This document shows positions 46,754 through 56,827 of a stretch of 64,000 bases of DNA, one piece after another. The stretch spans positions 10,548 to 74,547 of the forward strand of contig CAZXML010000002.1 of NCBI GenBank assembly GCA_964641245.1, written 5' to 3'. Below the pieces are notes generated by a model, which saw nothing but the letters and a program-made list of their open reading frames with translations, was not told where the DNA came from and searched no databases. This DNA comes from an uncultured Gammaproteobacteria bacterium. Lineage in GTDB: Bacteria; Patescibacteriota; Patescibacteriia; Magasanikbacterales; GWA2-37-8. Position 1 is the first letter of the stretch, and every line of letters starts with the position of its first letter. Made by a program: the position numbers and the translations under genes.

Positions 46754-49700
46754 GTTGACAAATCCTTTTTCAACTCATCTGAAATATTTACCGTATACGA
46801 AGTTTTTATAATTTTTCCTCCCACATTTAACACCACCGGTTTATCTCCGGGGTATTTTTTTAAAATACTTTTTATGGCATCGGCTTTGGTTTTTACCTGA
46901 TCCGCGCTGACAACAATTTCAAAATTTTCGTCCGCTTCTTGAACCGGTTTAGCAACGGAACGACTCTGGCTAAAAGCCATTTGTTTTGCCAATGCAGGAG
47001 CATTTTCTTTTGTCAGCAAATAAGCTTTTTCTACAAACAATTTATCATCCCCTTCTTCTTCGGAAGTCCGTCCGATTACACAAACCGGTTTTCCTTCCAC
47101 CCAAACATCGGCGGTGGTTTCATAAGTTTTAGGAAAAATTAACAACTCCAAACTGCTGGTGGTATCCAATAATTTTGCGAACATCATGGCTTTGCCGCCG
47201 CGGGTTATTTTTTTCTTGGTGGAGTCTATCATACCACCCACCACCACCCACTGATTTCTGGTTTGCGCGGACAAATCTTTAAGCGGGGTTAAGACATCTT
47301 TCATTATATTCTGATAATAGGTAAAGGGATGCGAAGTAACATAAAGGCCAAGCAACTCTTTTTCCCACAAAAGTTTTTCTTCTTCACCGGCATTGGGCGC
47401 GGGGGCCAATTGAATTTTGGTGGACATGTCTATGTTGGTGCCGGCAAACAAAGAATTTTGATTTAATGATTTTTTTTCGTGAATTTGTTTAACATACGCC
47501 AGAATATTTTCTATATTGCCGGCCAGATAACCGCGATCCAGGCCAAAAGAATCCAGCGCCCCGCATTTTATTAAACTGTCCAATGATTTTTTATTCAAAT
47601 CTTTATCCGTCACTCTGGTTAATAAATCCTGCAGGTCTTTAAATTTCCCGTTGGCTTTTCGTTCGCGATAAATTGCCTCGGCAATGTGTTCGCCAAGATT
47701 TTTTATGCCGTTAAGGCCGAAGCGGATGTGTGGGGCGACTTTACTGTCATTCTGAGCAGAGCGAAGAATCTCTGTCTGGTTGTCGACGGTACGAGACAGA
47801 GATCCCTCGTCGCTACGGCTCGCTCGGGATGACAATTGCGCTTCATCATCTAATGGAGAAATCATTGCAAAATTTTTGAAGCTTTCGTTTATATCCGGCG
47901 GTAAAACCCGTACACCCATTCTTTCCGCTTCGTAAATAACTTCCGGAACCTTATCTATATCCCCGCTCTCGGCAATTAAAATAGCCGTCATATATTGCAC
48001 GGGAAAATTCGCTTTTAAATAAGCGGTTTGATAAGCCACCACCGCGTAACTGGACGCGTGGGCTTTGTTGAAACCGTAACCCTGAAACGGCTCAAATAAC
48101 TGCCATATTTCCTCCGCTTTTTCTTTGGTCAGGCCACCGTGCTTTTGGCATCCACTAACGAAAATAATGTGCTGTTTAGCCATTTCTTCCGGAATTTTTT
48201 TACCCACGGCTTTTCTGAATTTATCAACCTCTTCCCAGTTGTAACCGGCAACTTCAATAGCGGTCATTAAAAGATCATCCTGATATACAAGTACTCCGAA
48301 AGTTGTATCTAAAAAATTCTTCATCTTTGGGTGCATGTAAACAGCCGGCTTCCGACCATGCTTGCGCGCAATGTACTCGTCAATGTTATCCATTGGCCCG
48401 GGACGAAAAAGCGCAATCATCACCATAATATCAAAAATTGTCGATGGTACTAACTCTTTTAAATATCTGGTCATGCCTGAACTGGAAAGCTGAAACACGC
48501 CCACGGTTTCTCCGCGCGCCAACATCTCATAGGTTTTTTTATCATTCCACGGATACAAACCGTACACATTTATTTTCTGTCCGGTGGTTTTTTCTATAAT
48601 TTCTACCGCATGCCCCAAAATAGCCAGGTTGCGGATACCAAGAAAATCCATTTTTAAAACTCCGGCTGTTTCTACCGAATGCATTTCGTATTGAGTAATA
48701 ACGCGTTCGCCGCCAGTTTCCAGCTGAACGGGAGTAAAATCCGTAAGCGGGGTGGGAGAAATAACCACTCCGGCCGCGTGGATAGAGGTGTGGCGGGCGC
48801 AGCCTTCCACTTTTTGCGCCAAATCCAGCAAACGGTGGGCGTCCGCATTTTTTTCGTATAATTTTTTTAGTTCCGGTTCCAGGTTTAGGGCTTTAGCAAT
48901 TGTCATTTGAAAACCTTGCGCGCCGAATGGAATCAGTTTGGAAATTTGGTCGCAAAAAGAATAAGGAAAACCCAGCGCCCGGCCCACATCGCGTACCGCT
49001 CCGCGCGCCGCCATGGTACCAAAAGTAATAATCTGCGCCACTTTATCGGCGCCGTATTTTTTAGTAACATAGGCAATCATTTCGTCGCGCTTGTCATCGG
49101 CAAAATCGCCGTCAATATCCGGCGGGCTGGGGCGGAAAGGATTTAAAAATCTTTCAAACGGCAATTTAAAAAATAACGGATTGTCCATTACAATTCCCAT
49201 GGCAAAAGAAACTACCGAACCGGCGGCCGAACCTCTGGTGGTAACCATAATATCGTGAGTGCGGGCGTAACCCATATAATCAGCTACGGTTAAAAAATAC
49301 GGCGAATAGCCTTTAGTGGCAATAATATCCAATTCATAATCCACGCGTTTTTTTACTTCATCGGTCATTTCTATTAACTTTGGTAATTTTTCATAAACCT
49401 GTTCACGCAAATACTGGTTGGCGGTTTTTCCTTCCGGAATATCTATAGCCGGAAAATGCCACTTGTTAAGTTCCAAAACCAAGTTCACACGTTCGGCAAT
49501 TTTTACCGTGTTTTCCAGCGCTTCGGGAACATGTTTAAAACGGCCGATAATTTCTTGAGGCGGAGCCAAAGAAAGATCAATCGCGCTCATGGACAACCGG
49601 TTTTCTTCGTCCAATGTTCGGCCGTCTCTGATGCAGGTTAAAATATCTTGCGCTTCGGCATCGCTTGATTCCAAATAATGCGAATCGCGGGTGACAATTA

Positions 49701-50301
49701 ACGGTATGCCGGTTTCTTTAGACAGTTGAACAAGTTTGGTATTCAACTCCATTTGCCCTTCCATGGCCGGCAAATCCATCATCTCCAAATAAAAATTTCC
49801 CGCGCCGAAAATATCTTGATACTCCAACGCCACCTTTTTGGCTTTCTCAAAATTATCTTCCTTGTGTAAAATCCAGGGAATCTCCCCACTCAAACAGGCG
49901 GATGACGCAATCAGGCCTTCATGATACTTTTTTAACAGTTCTTTATCCATTCTGGGCTTGTAATAAAACCCTTCCAGGTTCGCCAGCGAAGATAGTTTCA
50001 TTAAATTTTTATAACCGGCATAATTTTCCGCCAACAGAATCAGGTGATAATACCGGTCGTCTTTATCTTTATCAAAACGGCTGCCCGGCGCCAAATACGC
50101 CTCCATACCGATAATGGGTTTTATTCCCTCTTTTAGACAGCATTCGTAAAACTCAATAGCGCCGTACATGTTTCCATGATCGGTAAGAGCCAGAGCTTTG
50201 TAGCCCATGCTTTTAGCTTTTTTTACCAGCTCCGGAATTTTAGGCAGACCATCCAAAAGCGAATAATGCGAGTGAACGTGTAAGTGAACGAAGTCGGACA
50301 T
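46738..50301 (-). CDS. dnaE: DNA polymerase III alpha subunit, with in-frame insert
   Basis: FVHLHVHSHYSLLDG, RGSAAGS, PDIDGDF, YGFNKAH; start MSDFVH. Confidence 0.98.
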   Translation of the reverse strand: MSDFVHLHVHSHYSLLDGLPKIPELVKKAKSMGYKALALTDHGNMYGAIEFYECCLKEGIKPIIGMEAYLAPGSRFDKDKDDRYYHLILLAENYAGYKNLMKLSSLANLEGFYYKPRMDKELLKKYHEGLIASSACLSGEIPWILHKEDNFEKAKKVALEYQDIFGAGNFYLEMMDLPAMEGQMELNTKLVQLSKETGIPLIVTRDSHYLESSDAEAQDILTCIRDGRTLDEENRLSMSAIDLSLAPPQEIIGRFKHVPEALENTVKIAERVNLVLELNKWHFPAIDIPEGKTANQYLREQVYEKLPKLIEMTDEVKKRVDYELDIIATKGYSPYFLTVADYMGYARTHDIMVTTRGSAAGSVVSFAMGIVMDNPLFFKLPFERFLNPFRPSPPDIDGDFADDKRDEMIAYVTKKYGADKVAQIITFGTMAARGAVRDVGRALGFPYSFCDQISKLIPFGAQGFQMTIAKALNLEPELKKLYEKNADAHRLLDLAQKVEGCARHTSIHAAGVVISPTPLTDFTPVQLETGGERVITQYEMHSVETAGVLKMDFLGIRNLAILGHAVEIIEKTTGQKINVYGLYPWNDKKTYEMLARGETVGVFQLSSSGMTRYLKELVPSTIFDIMVMIALFRPGPMDNIDEYIARKHGRKPAVYMHPKMKNFLDTTFGVLVYQDDLLMTAIEVAGYNWEEVDKFRKAVGKKIPEEMAKQHIIFVSGCQKHGGLTKEKAEEIWQLFEPFQGYGFNKAHASSYAVVAYQTAYLKANFPVQYMTAILIAESGDIDKVPEVIYEAERMGVRVLPPDINESFKNFAMISPLDDEAQLSSRASRSDEGSLSRTVDNQTEILRSAQNDSKVAPHIRFGLNGIKNLGEHIAEAIYRERKANGKFKDLQDLLTRVTDKDLNKKSLDSLIKCGALDSFGLDRGYLAGNIENILAYVKQIHEKKSLNQNSLFAGTNIDMSTKIQLAPAPNAGEEEKLLWEKELLGLYVTSHPFTYYQNIMKDVLTPLKDLSAQTRNQWVVVGGMIDSTKKKITRGGKAMMFAKLLDTTSSLELLIFPKTYETTADVWVEGKPVCVIGRTSEEEGDDKLFVEKAYLLTKENAPALAKQMAFSQSRSVAKPVQEADENFEIVVSADQVKTKADAIKSILKKYPGDKPVVLNVGGKIIKTSYTVNISDELKKDLSTVILN
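47745..47834. repeat. Family B element, in frame in dnaE
   Basis: Encodes LSSRASRSDEGSLSRTVDNQTEILRSAQND. Confidence 0.88.
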
Positions 50302-50316
50302 AGTAGTATTTTTCGC

Positions 50317-50394
50317 TGTCATCCTGAACGCAGTGAAGGATCTCTGTCTCAATTACTGACCGGACAGAGATTCTTCGCTTTGCTCAGAATGACA
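50317..50394. repeat. Family B element upstream of dnaE
   Basis: tgtcatcctgaacgcagtgaaggatctctgtc...gacagagattcttcgctttgctcagaatgaca. Confidence 0.92.
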
Positions 50395-50450
50395 GTTTGT
50401 GAGCAACTTAACTCGCCTATCGTACCTGAAAACACAAACTTAATCAAACT

Positions 50451-50481
50451 AAAAACTCTCCTTAATTTGGAGAGTTTTTTT
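50451..50481 (-). terminator. Intrinsic terminator
   Basis: aaaaactctcc-ttaattt-ggagagttttt. Confidence 0.65.
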
Positions 50482-50492
50482 AATTTTTAGAA

Positions 50493-50879
50493 TTACTTCT
50501 TCATCTTCTTCACAACCTTTTTCATCTTCTTGGCCGTCGCTTCTACTGCTTTATCTACCGCGTCTTTGGCAGCCGAATTCATTTTTCCCGAACCTTTATT
50601 AATCCAATCCTTGGCTTTTTTGCCCACCATATCTTTTACCATCCCCGCCATACCGCCTCCGGCCACGCTTAGCAAACTATGGATATTTTCTACCTTACTG
50701 CGAACATAGTGTATGGCCTCGGTTAAAACCTGCAAACGGGAACGGAATTCTTCAGCGATTTCATTGGCGTTTTTTAAAATTCTGGTGACGTAATAAAACA
50801 TCCAACACAGAAACACCGTTATCCACAAAACACAAAAAGCAATGACCAGATATAAAATATCCTTTGAAGTTTCTATCAT
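50493..50879 (-). CDS. Hypothetical single-TM protein
   Basis: GGAGG RBS; N-terminal TM followed by helical tail. Confidence 0.75.
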   Translation of the reverse strand: MIETSKDILYLVIAFCVLWITVFLCWMFYYVTRILKNANEIAEEFRSRLQVLTEAIHYVRSKVENIHSLLSVAGGGMAGMVKDMVGKKAKDWINKGSGKMNSAAKDAVDKAVEATAKKMKKVVKKMKK

Positions 50880-50911
50880 ATTCCCCTCCTTGTTAATTTA
50901 ATAAAATTTAA

Positions 50912-51202
50912 TTAAGAATGTGCCGTTTGCAATGTTCGCACCTGTTTTTCTAACGCTTCCACACGCCGACGAAGTTCCAAAACATCTTTAGCTGCCGCAT
51001 CAGCATCCTCAATAGTTCTTTTTTCAAGTTTAGTTAAACGCGCTTTAATTTCGTCGAGCTCTTCTCTCACCATTCTAAACCCCGCGGTCATCTCCACTCG
51101 CAAATCATCAATTTCATCTCGCAAATCCTTAATATCAGCCTTGGTGGCCATGTTCTCTTGCAAAAATTCCATCAATTCATTCATTGTTATCTCTTTTTCC
51201 AT
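50912..51202 (-). CDS. Hypothetical coiled-coil protein
   Basis: MATKADI + heptad pattern. Confidence 0.7.
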   Translation of the reverse strand: MEKEITMNELMEFLQENMATKADIKDLRDEIDDLRVEMTAGFRMVREELDEIKARLTKLEKRTIEDADAAAKDVLELRRRVEALEKQVRTLQTAHS

Positions 51203-51273
51203 AAAAAAATTAGACTATTTATACTAAATCTTAGCTCGTAATACTATACCACACTTTTAATGATATTCAAAAT

Positions 51274-53757
51274 TTATCTCACCTCTGCGCCAAATTTTTC
51301 TTTTAATATTTTTATAACTGATGTGTGCGCTTTCTCTACTTCGTCGGCAACCAATGTGCGTTCGGAGCTTTGATAAGTAAAATGATAAGCCATGCTTTTA
51401 TGTTCGGCGCTTACGCCTTTTCCTTCATAAACATCGAATAATTCCACGGACTGTAAAAGCGGGCTGACAGCCGATAGCGCGGATAGTATATCCTCGTGCG
51501 CCACCGTTTTTTTTACCAAAATTGCCAAGTCGCGTTCCATGGTGGGAAATTCTGAAAGAGTCTTATATTTCTTTTCGGTTTCAGGAAAACCTGCCAACTC
51601 ATCCAGATTAAGAGACATCATTGCCACCGAACATTCCAAACCAAAATTGATTACAACCGTCGGGTGAAATTCAAATACCGCGCCCATATAACTATCGCCA
51701 ACTATCACCTGGCCGGAACGCGCCGGATGCTGCCACGGCCGTAGGTCTTTAATTTTTTCCAATTTAAATTCTCTGCCCAGTTCCTGAAAAACCGCCTCTG
51801 CCGCCCGGCGCGCTTCCCAAAAGGTATTTTTATTTTTCTTGGATGCAAAAACCGCATGCAACCAGGTGTCTTGCCTGGGCAAAAGTTCACTGCTGTTGGC
51901 TGTCGCTCTTACTCCGGGCTTTCCCGCTAAAAATTTCTTGCCCACTTCCAACAAGCGCAGTTCCGGATAATCATCTATGTTCTTTTTTACATTTTCTAAC
52001 AAATTATTCATTAAATGACGGCGTAAAAATGGCCGTTCTTGCGATAGCGGATTTTCCAACTCCAAATATTTAGAGACGTCTTGCCCCAGCTTGGCTATGC
52101 TCTGCGGACTGACAAAAGAATAATTATAAACTTCGGTGTAGGCCAACGAGTTAACTAAAATATCTTTACAGCGTCTTTCCAGTTTTTTTAACTTATTAAT
52201 TTCCGGAGGAGTTATGGAAAATTCCGGCAAACTCGCCTCAATTTTATCATAACCGTAAATACGGATTATTTCCTCCACCAAATCTTCCGGTGTAGAAACA
52301 TCTTTTGTGGCTCGCCAACTGGGAATGATTACGGATAACTCATCGGTTTTGCTTTTTACTTTAAAACCCAGGTTTTCCAGAATTCTTATCACTTCTTTTT
52401 TGGGCAAATTGACGCCTATTCTGTTCTTTAAAAATTCTAAGGAAATAGTAATCGGCCCTTGTTGCAAACTGAACTTGGATTCGTCCACAACTTTGCTCGC
52501 CACATAAGATTTGGGACAGCATTCCAAAACTAATTTCACCGCCATTTCCAAAGCCAGCGCCGTCATATTTGGATCCAAACTTTTTTCAAAACGAGCGGAA
52601 GAATCACTGCGCAATCCCAATTTAGTGGAAGTCTGGCGGATAGAACCGGCCTCAAAATTAGCCGACTCAAAAATTATTGTGGTTGTATCATTTGATATTC
52701 CGGAATCCAATCCACCCATCACGCCGGCAATGGCCAGCGCTTTTTCACTATCAGCAATCATTAACATTGCTGAATCCAATTTTCTCTTCTGACCATCCAG
52801 TGTAGTAAATTCTTCTCCGTCTTTGGCTGTTCTTATGTTTATTGTTAATTGTTTATTGTTAATTGTTAATTTGTTCGCATCAAACGCGTGCATCGGCTGA
52901 CCCAAATCCATCATTACATAATTGGTAATGTCCACAATATTATTTATCGGCCTCAATCCCACAGCCAGCAAACTTTTCTGCAACCATTGCGGAGACGGAC
53001 CGACACTTACTCCGCTAATTACCACCGCCATATATCGCGGGCATAATTTTGCGTCCTCAACTTCAACTTTTATATTTATTTCTTTGCCTGGTTTAATTTT
53101 ACTAATTTTACCACCGCCATGAGGCGGGGTCCCGCCGTGGGCGGGATATTCTTTCAGTTTTTTATCAAACAAGACAGCCACTTCACGGGCGATACCGTAA
53201 TGCCCCCACAAATCCGGCCGGTTGCTTAAAGACTTGTTGTCTATTTCTAGCACTGCGTCGTCTAACCCCAATGCTTTGGCCAAGGGCGTACCCGGCTTAA
53301 CTTTTAAATAACTTAAATCAACAATTTCTTTTTCTTCTTTAAGCGGGAACATTTCGCTCAAACCGATTTCGGTTGAAGCGCAAATCATGCCGGCGGATTC
53401 CACGCCGCGGATAGCCACCGGTTTTAATTCCACCAACTCGCCTTCTCCGTGCCATTTTACTTTCGCTCCTACTTTGGCCAATGCCACCAACATGCCGGCG
53501 GCCACATTACTGCCTCCGCAAACAATTTGTAATTGCTCACCGCCGACATCTACCGAACAAACTTTTAATTTGTCCGCGTTAGGATGCTTTTCGGCGCTGA
53601 TTATTTTTCCGACAACAATATTTTCCAGGTCTTTCCCCTGAACTTCCACGCCTTCCACTTCCACAGTGCTGGCCTTTAATCTGGCCGCCACTTCGGTAGC
53701 CGAAATTGAGTCGGGCAAATTAACGTATTTTTTTAACCAGGAATAGGATATTAACAT
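51274..53757 (-). CDS. pheT: Phenylalanine--tRNA ligase beta subunit
   Basis: HPNADKL, NRPDLW, INNIVDITNYV, DLVEEI.RIYGY. Confidence 0.98.
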   Translation of the reverse strand: MLISYSWLKKYVNLPDSISATEVAARLKASTVEVEGVEVQGKDLENIVVGKIISAEKHPNADKLKVCSVDVGGEQLQIVCGGSNVAAGMLVALAKVGAKVKWHGEGELVELKPVAIRGVESAGMICASTEIGLSEMFPLKEEKEIVDLSYLKVKPGTPLAKALGLDDAVLEIDNKSLSNRPDLWGHYGIAREVAVLFDKKLKEYPAHGGTPPHGGGKISKIKPGKEINIKVEVEDAKLCPRYMAVVISGVSVGPSPQWLQKSLLAVGLRPINNIVDITNYVMMDLGQPMHAFDANKLTINNKQLTINIRTAKDGEEFTTLDGQKRKLDSAMLMIADSEKALAIAGVMGGLDSGISNDTTTIIFESANFEAGSIRQTSTKLGLRSDSSARFEKSLDPNMTALALEMAVKLVLECCPKSYVASKVVDESKFSLQQGPITISLEFLKNRIGVNLPKKEVIRILENLGFKVKSKTDELSVIIPSWRATKDVSTPEDLVEEIIRIYGYDKIEASLPEFSITPPEINKLKKLERRCKDILVNSLAYTEVYNYSFVSPQSIAKLGQDVSKYLELENPLSQERPFLRRHLMNNLLENVKKNIDDYPELRLLEVGKKFLAGKPGVRATANSSELLPRQDTWLHAVFASKKNKNTFWEARRAAEAVFQELGREFKLEKIKDLRPWQHPARSGQVIVGDSYMGAVFEFHPTVVINFGLECSVAMMSLNLDELAGFPETEKKYKTLSEFPTMERDLAILVKKTVAHEDILSALSAVSPLLQSVELFDVYEGKGVSAEHKSMAYHFTYQSSERTLVADEVEKAHTSVIKILKEKFGAEVR

Positions 53758-53759
53758 AT

Positions 53760-54791
53760 TTAAAATTGTTCAAGGAATTTCATATTTCCGCTTTCCAGCA
53801 ACCGAATATCTTCTATGCCGTACTTAAGCATGGCCAATCTGGTTAAGCCGAACCCAAAAGCAAAGCCCTGATTAACCTTCGGATCTATTCCGCCTTCTTT
53901 TAAAACATTAGGATGAATCATGCCGGCGCCAAAAACTTCCAGCCAGCCGGTCTGCTTGCATAACCGGCAACCTTGACCATTGCAAAGATAACAAGTCACC
54001 TCGCCATTTACGCCCGGCTCTACGAATGGATAAAACTTGGGGCGCAAACGCAATTTTGTTTCCGGACCAAAAACATGTTTAAAAACCGCTTCCAAAACGC
54101 CTTTCATGTGCGCAAAATTAATACCTTTATCCACCACCACTCCTTCCAATTGATAAAACGTGTGATCATGACGAACGTCGGTGGCTTCATTTCTAAAACA
54201 TTTTCCCGAAGCAATCATGCGCAAAGGCGCGCCGTATTTTTGCATCGCTCGAACTTGTACGGACGAAGTGTGCGTACGCATCACGAAGTCGGGGTGGCCT
54301 TTGATATAAAAAGTATCCTGTATGTCGCGCGCTGGATGATCTTTGGGAATATTTACGGCCGTAAAATTATAATAATCGCTTTCCAGTTCCGGACCGTCCA
54401 AAACCATAAAGCCCATGGACGTAAAAAAGTCTTCCAAATCATTCTGAATTAAAGTGTTGGGATGAAAATGCCCGCTGGTTTTAATTGGCAAGGAAGGTTG
54501 GCTGATATCCACGCTTTCTTTTTCCAACAACCCGCCCATCTCTTTGGCGGTTAATTCTTTTTTCTTATCTGCTAAGGCGTCTTCAATCTCTTTTTTTACA
54601 TCATTGGCCAGCTGACCGATTTGTTTTTTAGCGTCATCGCCCAAATCTTTAATCCCCTTCAACAAATTGGTAAGTTCGCCACCCTTGCGGCCCAATAATT
54701 TAATCTCCAGTTCTTCCAACTGCATTTTGTCTTTGACGGATTTAAGAGCCAAAAGCGCTTCGGTTTTTAATTGTTCAAATTTTGATTGCAT
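53760..54791 (-). CDS. pheS: Phenylalanine--tRNA ligase alpha subunit
   Basis: HPARDIQDTF, RTHTS, YPFVEP, GFAFGFG. Confidence 0.98.
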   Translation of the reverse strand: MQSKFEQLKTEALLALKSVKDKMQLEELEIKLLGRKGGELTNLLKGIKDLGDDAKKQIGQLANDVKKEIEDALADKKKELTAKEMGGLLEKESVDISQPSLPIKTSGHFHPNTLIQNDLEDFFTSMGFMVLDGPELESDYYNFTAVNIPKDHPARDIQDTFYIKGHPDFVMRTHTSSVQVRAMQKYGAPLRMIASGKCFRNEATDVRHDHTFYQLEGVVVDKGINFAHMKGVLEAVFKHVFGPETKLRLRPKFYPFVEPGVNGEVTCYLCNGQGCRLCKQTGWLEVFGAGMIHPNVLKEGGIDPKVNQGFAFGFGLTRLAMLKYGIEDIRLLESGNMKFLEQF

Positions 54792-54797
54792 ATGAAT

Positions 54798-54870
54798 AAT
54801 TAACAACTAACAATAAACAAACAGCAATCGACAACCAACTTGTTAATTGTTAATTGCTAATTGTTAGTTA
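54798..54870. repeat. Inverted heptamer dyad, same family as 10807
   Basis: taacaactaacaataaacaa...ttgttaattgttaattgctaattgttagtta. Confidence 0.75.
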
Positions 54871-56038
54871 TAGTATACCACCAATTTATAATTGCTCCGG
54901 AAAAATGCCCCAAATCTTTTACGGTAATAATAACCACCAATAACATTAAGGCCACAAACCCAAGACTATGCGCCATCTGTTCGTATTTTTGCTCTACCGC
55001 TTTGCGTTTAATGGCGCCGATCAGCAAGAACAGCAACCGGCCTCCATCTAAAGCCGGAATCGGCAAAATATTTATTATCGCCAAATTTAAAGAAAGCAAA
55101 GCGGTAAAATTTAACAAATAACTGAAACCCAATCTGGCTACCTGCCCGGTCATAACGGCAATCCCCACCGGACCGGACAATGCTTCTCCGGCTGGATTAC
55201 CGGCAAATAAACCGGCGATTAAAAAATAAAATGAAAAAAGTATTTCCTTCAAATAAAATCCGGTCATGAGAAATCCGTAATATAACGCTTTGTACCACGG
55301 ATAGCTTACCAAACCAACCTCTACCAAACTAACTCCCAACCCGCCCTTGCCGGTATCCGCGTAAATAAACGGATGAATCTTTTTTTCCAAAGTGGCGCCG
55401 TCTCTTTTTACAGTCACCAAAATATCCAAATCTTTGTGACTATCTACATATTCCTGCATGGCTTTGACGCTTGGATTGGTTAAATTATCCAGCCCAACAA
55501 TTATATCTCCGGCCTGCAACCCGGCCACAGCCGCCGGTTTATCGGCCATCGCTTCCATAATTTGTAAATGACTGTCTTTGACACTGGCTCCGCGCGGCAG
55601 ATTATCTACCGCCTGCGGCATACCCATCATCAACCCAATAGAAATCAAAACGAAAGCCAAAATTATATTCATACCCACGCCGGCGGATAAAGTAAGCGCC
55701 CGTTTCCAGGCCTTTTGCGCGCCAAAACTATCCGGACCGGGTTCGTCTCCGTTTTCTCCTTTTATATGAACGAAGCCGCCCAATGGAATTAGATTTAATG
55801 AATAGATTGTGTCCCCGCCCATTTGCTCCTCTTCTACAATTCTTTTTCTGCCGATTAACTTTAATTTTCTTTTACCATTAGCATTTTTAATCCACTGAAA
55901 CCCGATTAAACGCGGAGGAAAACCAAAACCAAACTCAAAAACTTTCATCCCGCTTTTACGCGCCACAATAAAATGCCCAAATTCATGGGATAAAACCAGC
56001 ACGGCCAGGACGGCGATAAAGATTAAGAAGGTTAACAT
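54857..56038 (-). CDS. rseP: RIP metalloprotease RseP (M50 + PDZ)
   Basis: HEFGH, PLGGFV, NILPIPALDGG. Confidence 0.94.
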   Translation of the reverse strand: MLTFLIFIAVLAVLVLSHEFGHFIVARKSGMKVFEFGFGFPPRLIGFQWIKNANGKRKLKLIGRKRIVEEEQMGGDTIYSLNLIPLGGFVHIKGENGDEPGPDSFGAQKAWKRALTLSAGVGMNIILAFVLISIGLMMGMPQAVDNLPRGASVKDSHLQIMEAMADKPAAVAGLQAGDIIVGLDNLTNPSVKAMQEYVDSHKDLDILVTVKRDGATLEKKIHPFIYADTGKGGLGVSLVEVGLVSYPWYKALYYGFLMTGFYLKEILFSFYFLIAGLFAGNPAGEALSGPVGIAVMTGQVARLGFSYLLNFTALLSLNLAIINILPIPALDGGRLLFLLIGAIKRKAVEQKYEQMAHSLGFVALMLLVVIITVKDLGHFSGAIINWWYTITNN

Positions 56039-56112
56039 AATTCTTGATATTTTAGTGCGTTTATTATATACTACCCACGTTAAAAAGCAAATAGACAAAT
56101 TTAACTCACAAC

Positions 56113-56243
56113 GTCATCCTGAACTTGTTTCAGGATCTACCGCCTGTCATTCCCGCAAAAGCGGGAATCCAGTCGGCGATTGTCTGGATTCCCATTGTCA
56201 TGGGAATGACAATTGCAGATGCTGAAACAAGTTCAGCATGACA
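56113..56243. repeat. Family A element with a family F element (56145-56211) in its spacer
   Basis: A arms 56113-56138 and 56217-56243; inner tgtcattcccgcaaaagcgggaatccag...ctggattccc...gggaatgaca. Confidence 0.9.
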
Positions 56244-56259
56244 ATAACATATAAGAAAT

Positions 56260-56826
56260 ATGCAAGCACTCTACGTTTTCCTCGCGGCCATGGCAGTATT
56301 AGCATTGTGGCTAATTGCCGTATATAACGGTCTAATCCGCTCCAAAAACCGGGTAGATGAAGCTTTTAGCGACATAGATGTCCAGTTAAAACGCCGTTAC
56401 GACCTTATCCCCAACTTGGTGGAAACGGTAAAAGGCTACATGACCCACGAACAAGGAACCTTGACCAAATTAACCGAAGCCAGAACCGCGGCCATGGCCA
56501 TGCACGACAAAAAAGACGCCACCATTGCCCAAAAAGAAGAAGCGGAAAATATGCTTTCCGGAACTTTAAAAACCCTGTTTGCCGTTACCGAAAATTATCC
56601 GGACCTAAAAGCCAGCCAAAACTTTTTGCAATTGCAGGATGAAATCAGCGACACGGAAAATAAAATCCAGGCCGCCCGCCGCTTCTACAACGGCAATGTC
56701 CGCGATTTCAACATTAAAATTGAAGTTTTCCCCGCCAACATCGTAGCTAATTCTCTTGGATTTAAAAAATACGAATTCTTCCAAGCCGAGGCCGGGGAAA
56801 AAGAAAATGTGAAAGTAAAATTTTAA
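56260..56826 (+). CDS. lemA: LemA family protein
   Basis: IDVQLKRRYDLIPNLVETVKGY, ENYPDLKA, RRFYN. Confidence 0.96.
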   Translation: MQALYVFLAAMAVLALWLIAVYNGLIRSKNRVDEAFSDIDVQLKRRYDLIPNLVETVKGYMTHEQGTLTKLTEARTAAMAMHDKKDATIAQKEEAENMLSGTLKTLFAVTENYPDLKASQNFLQLQDEISDTENKIQAARRFYNGNVRDFNIKIEVFPANIVANSLGFKKYEFFQAEAGEKENVKVKF

Positions 56827-56827
56827 G

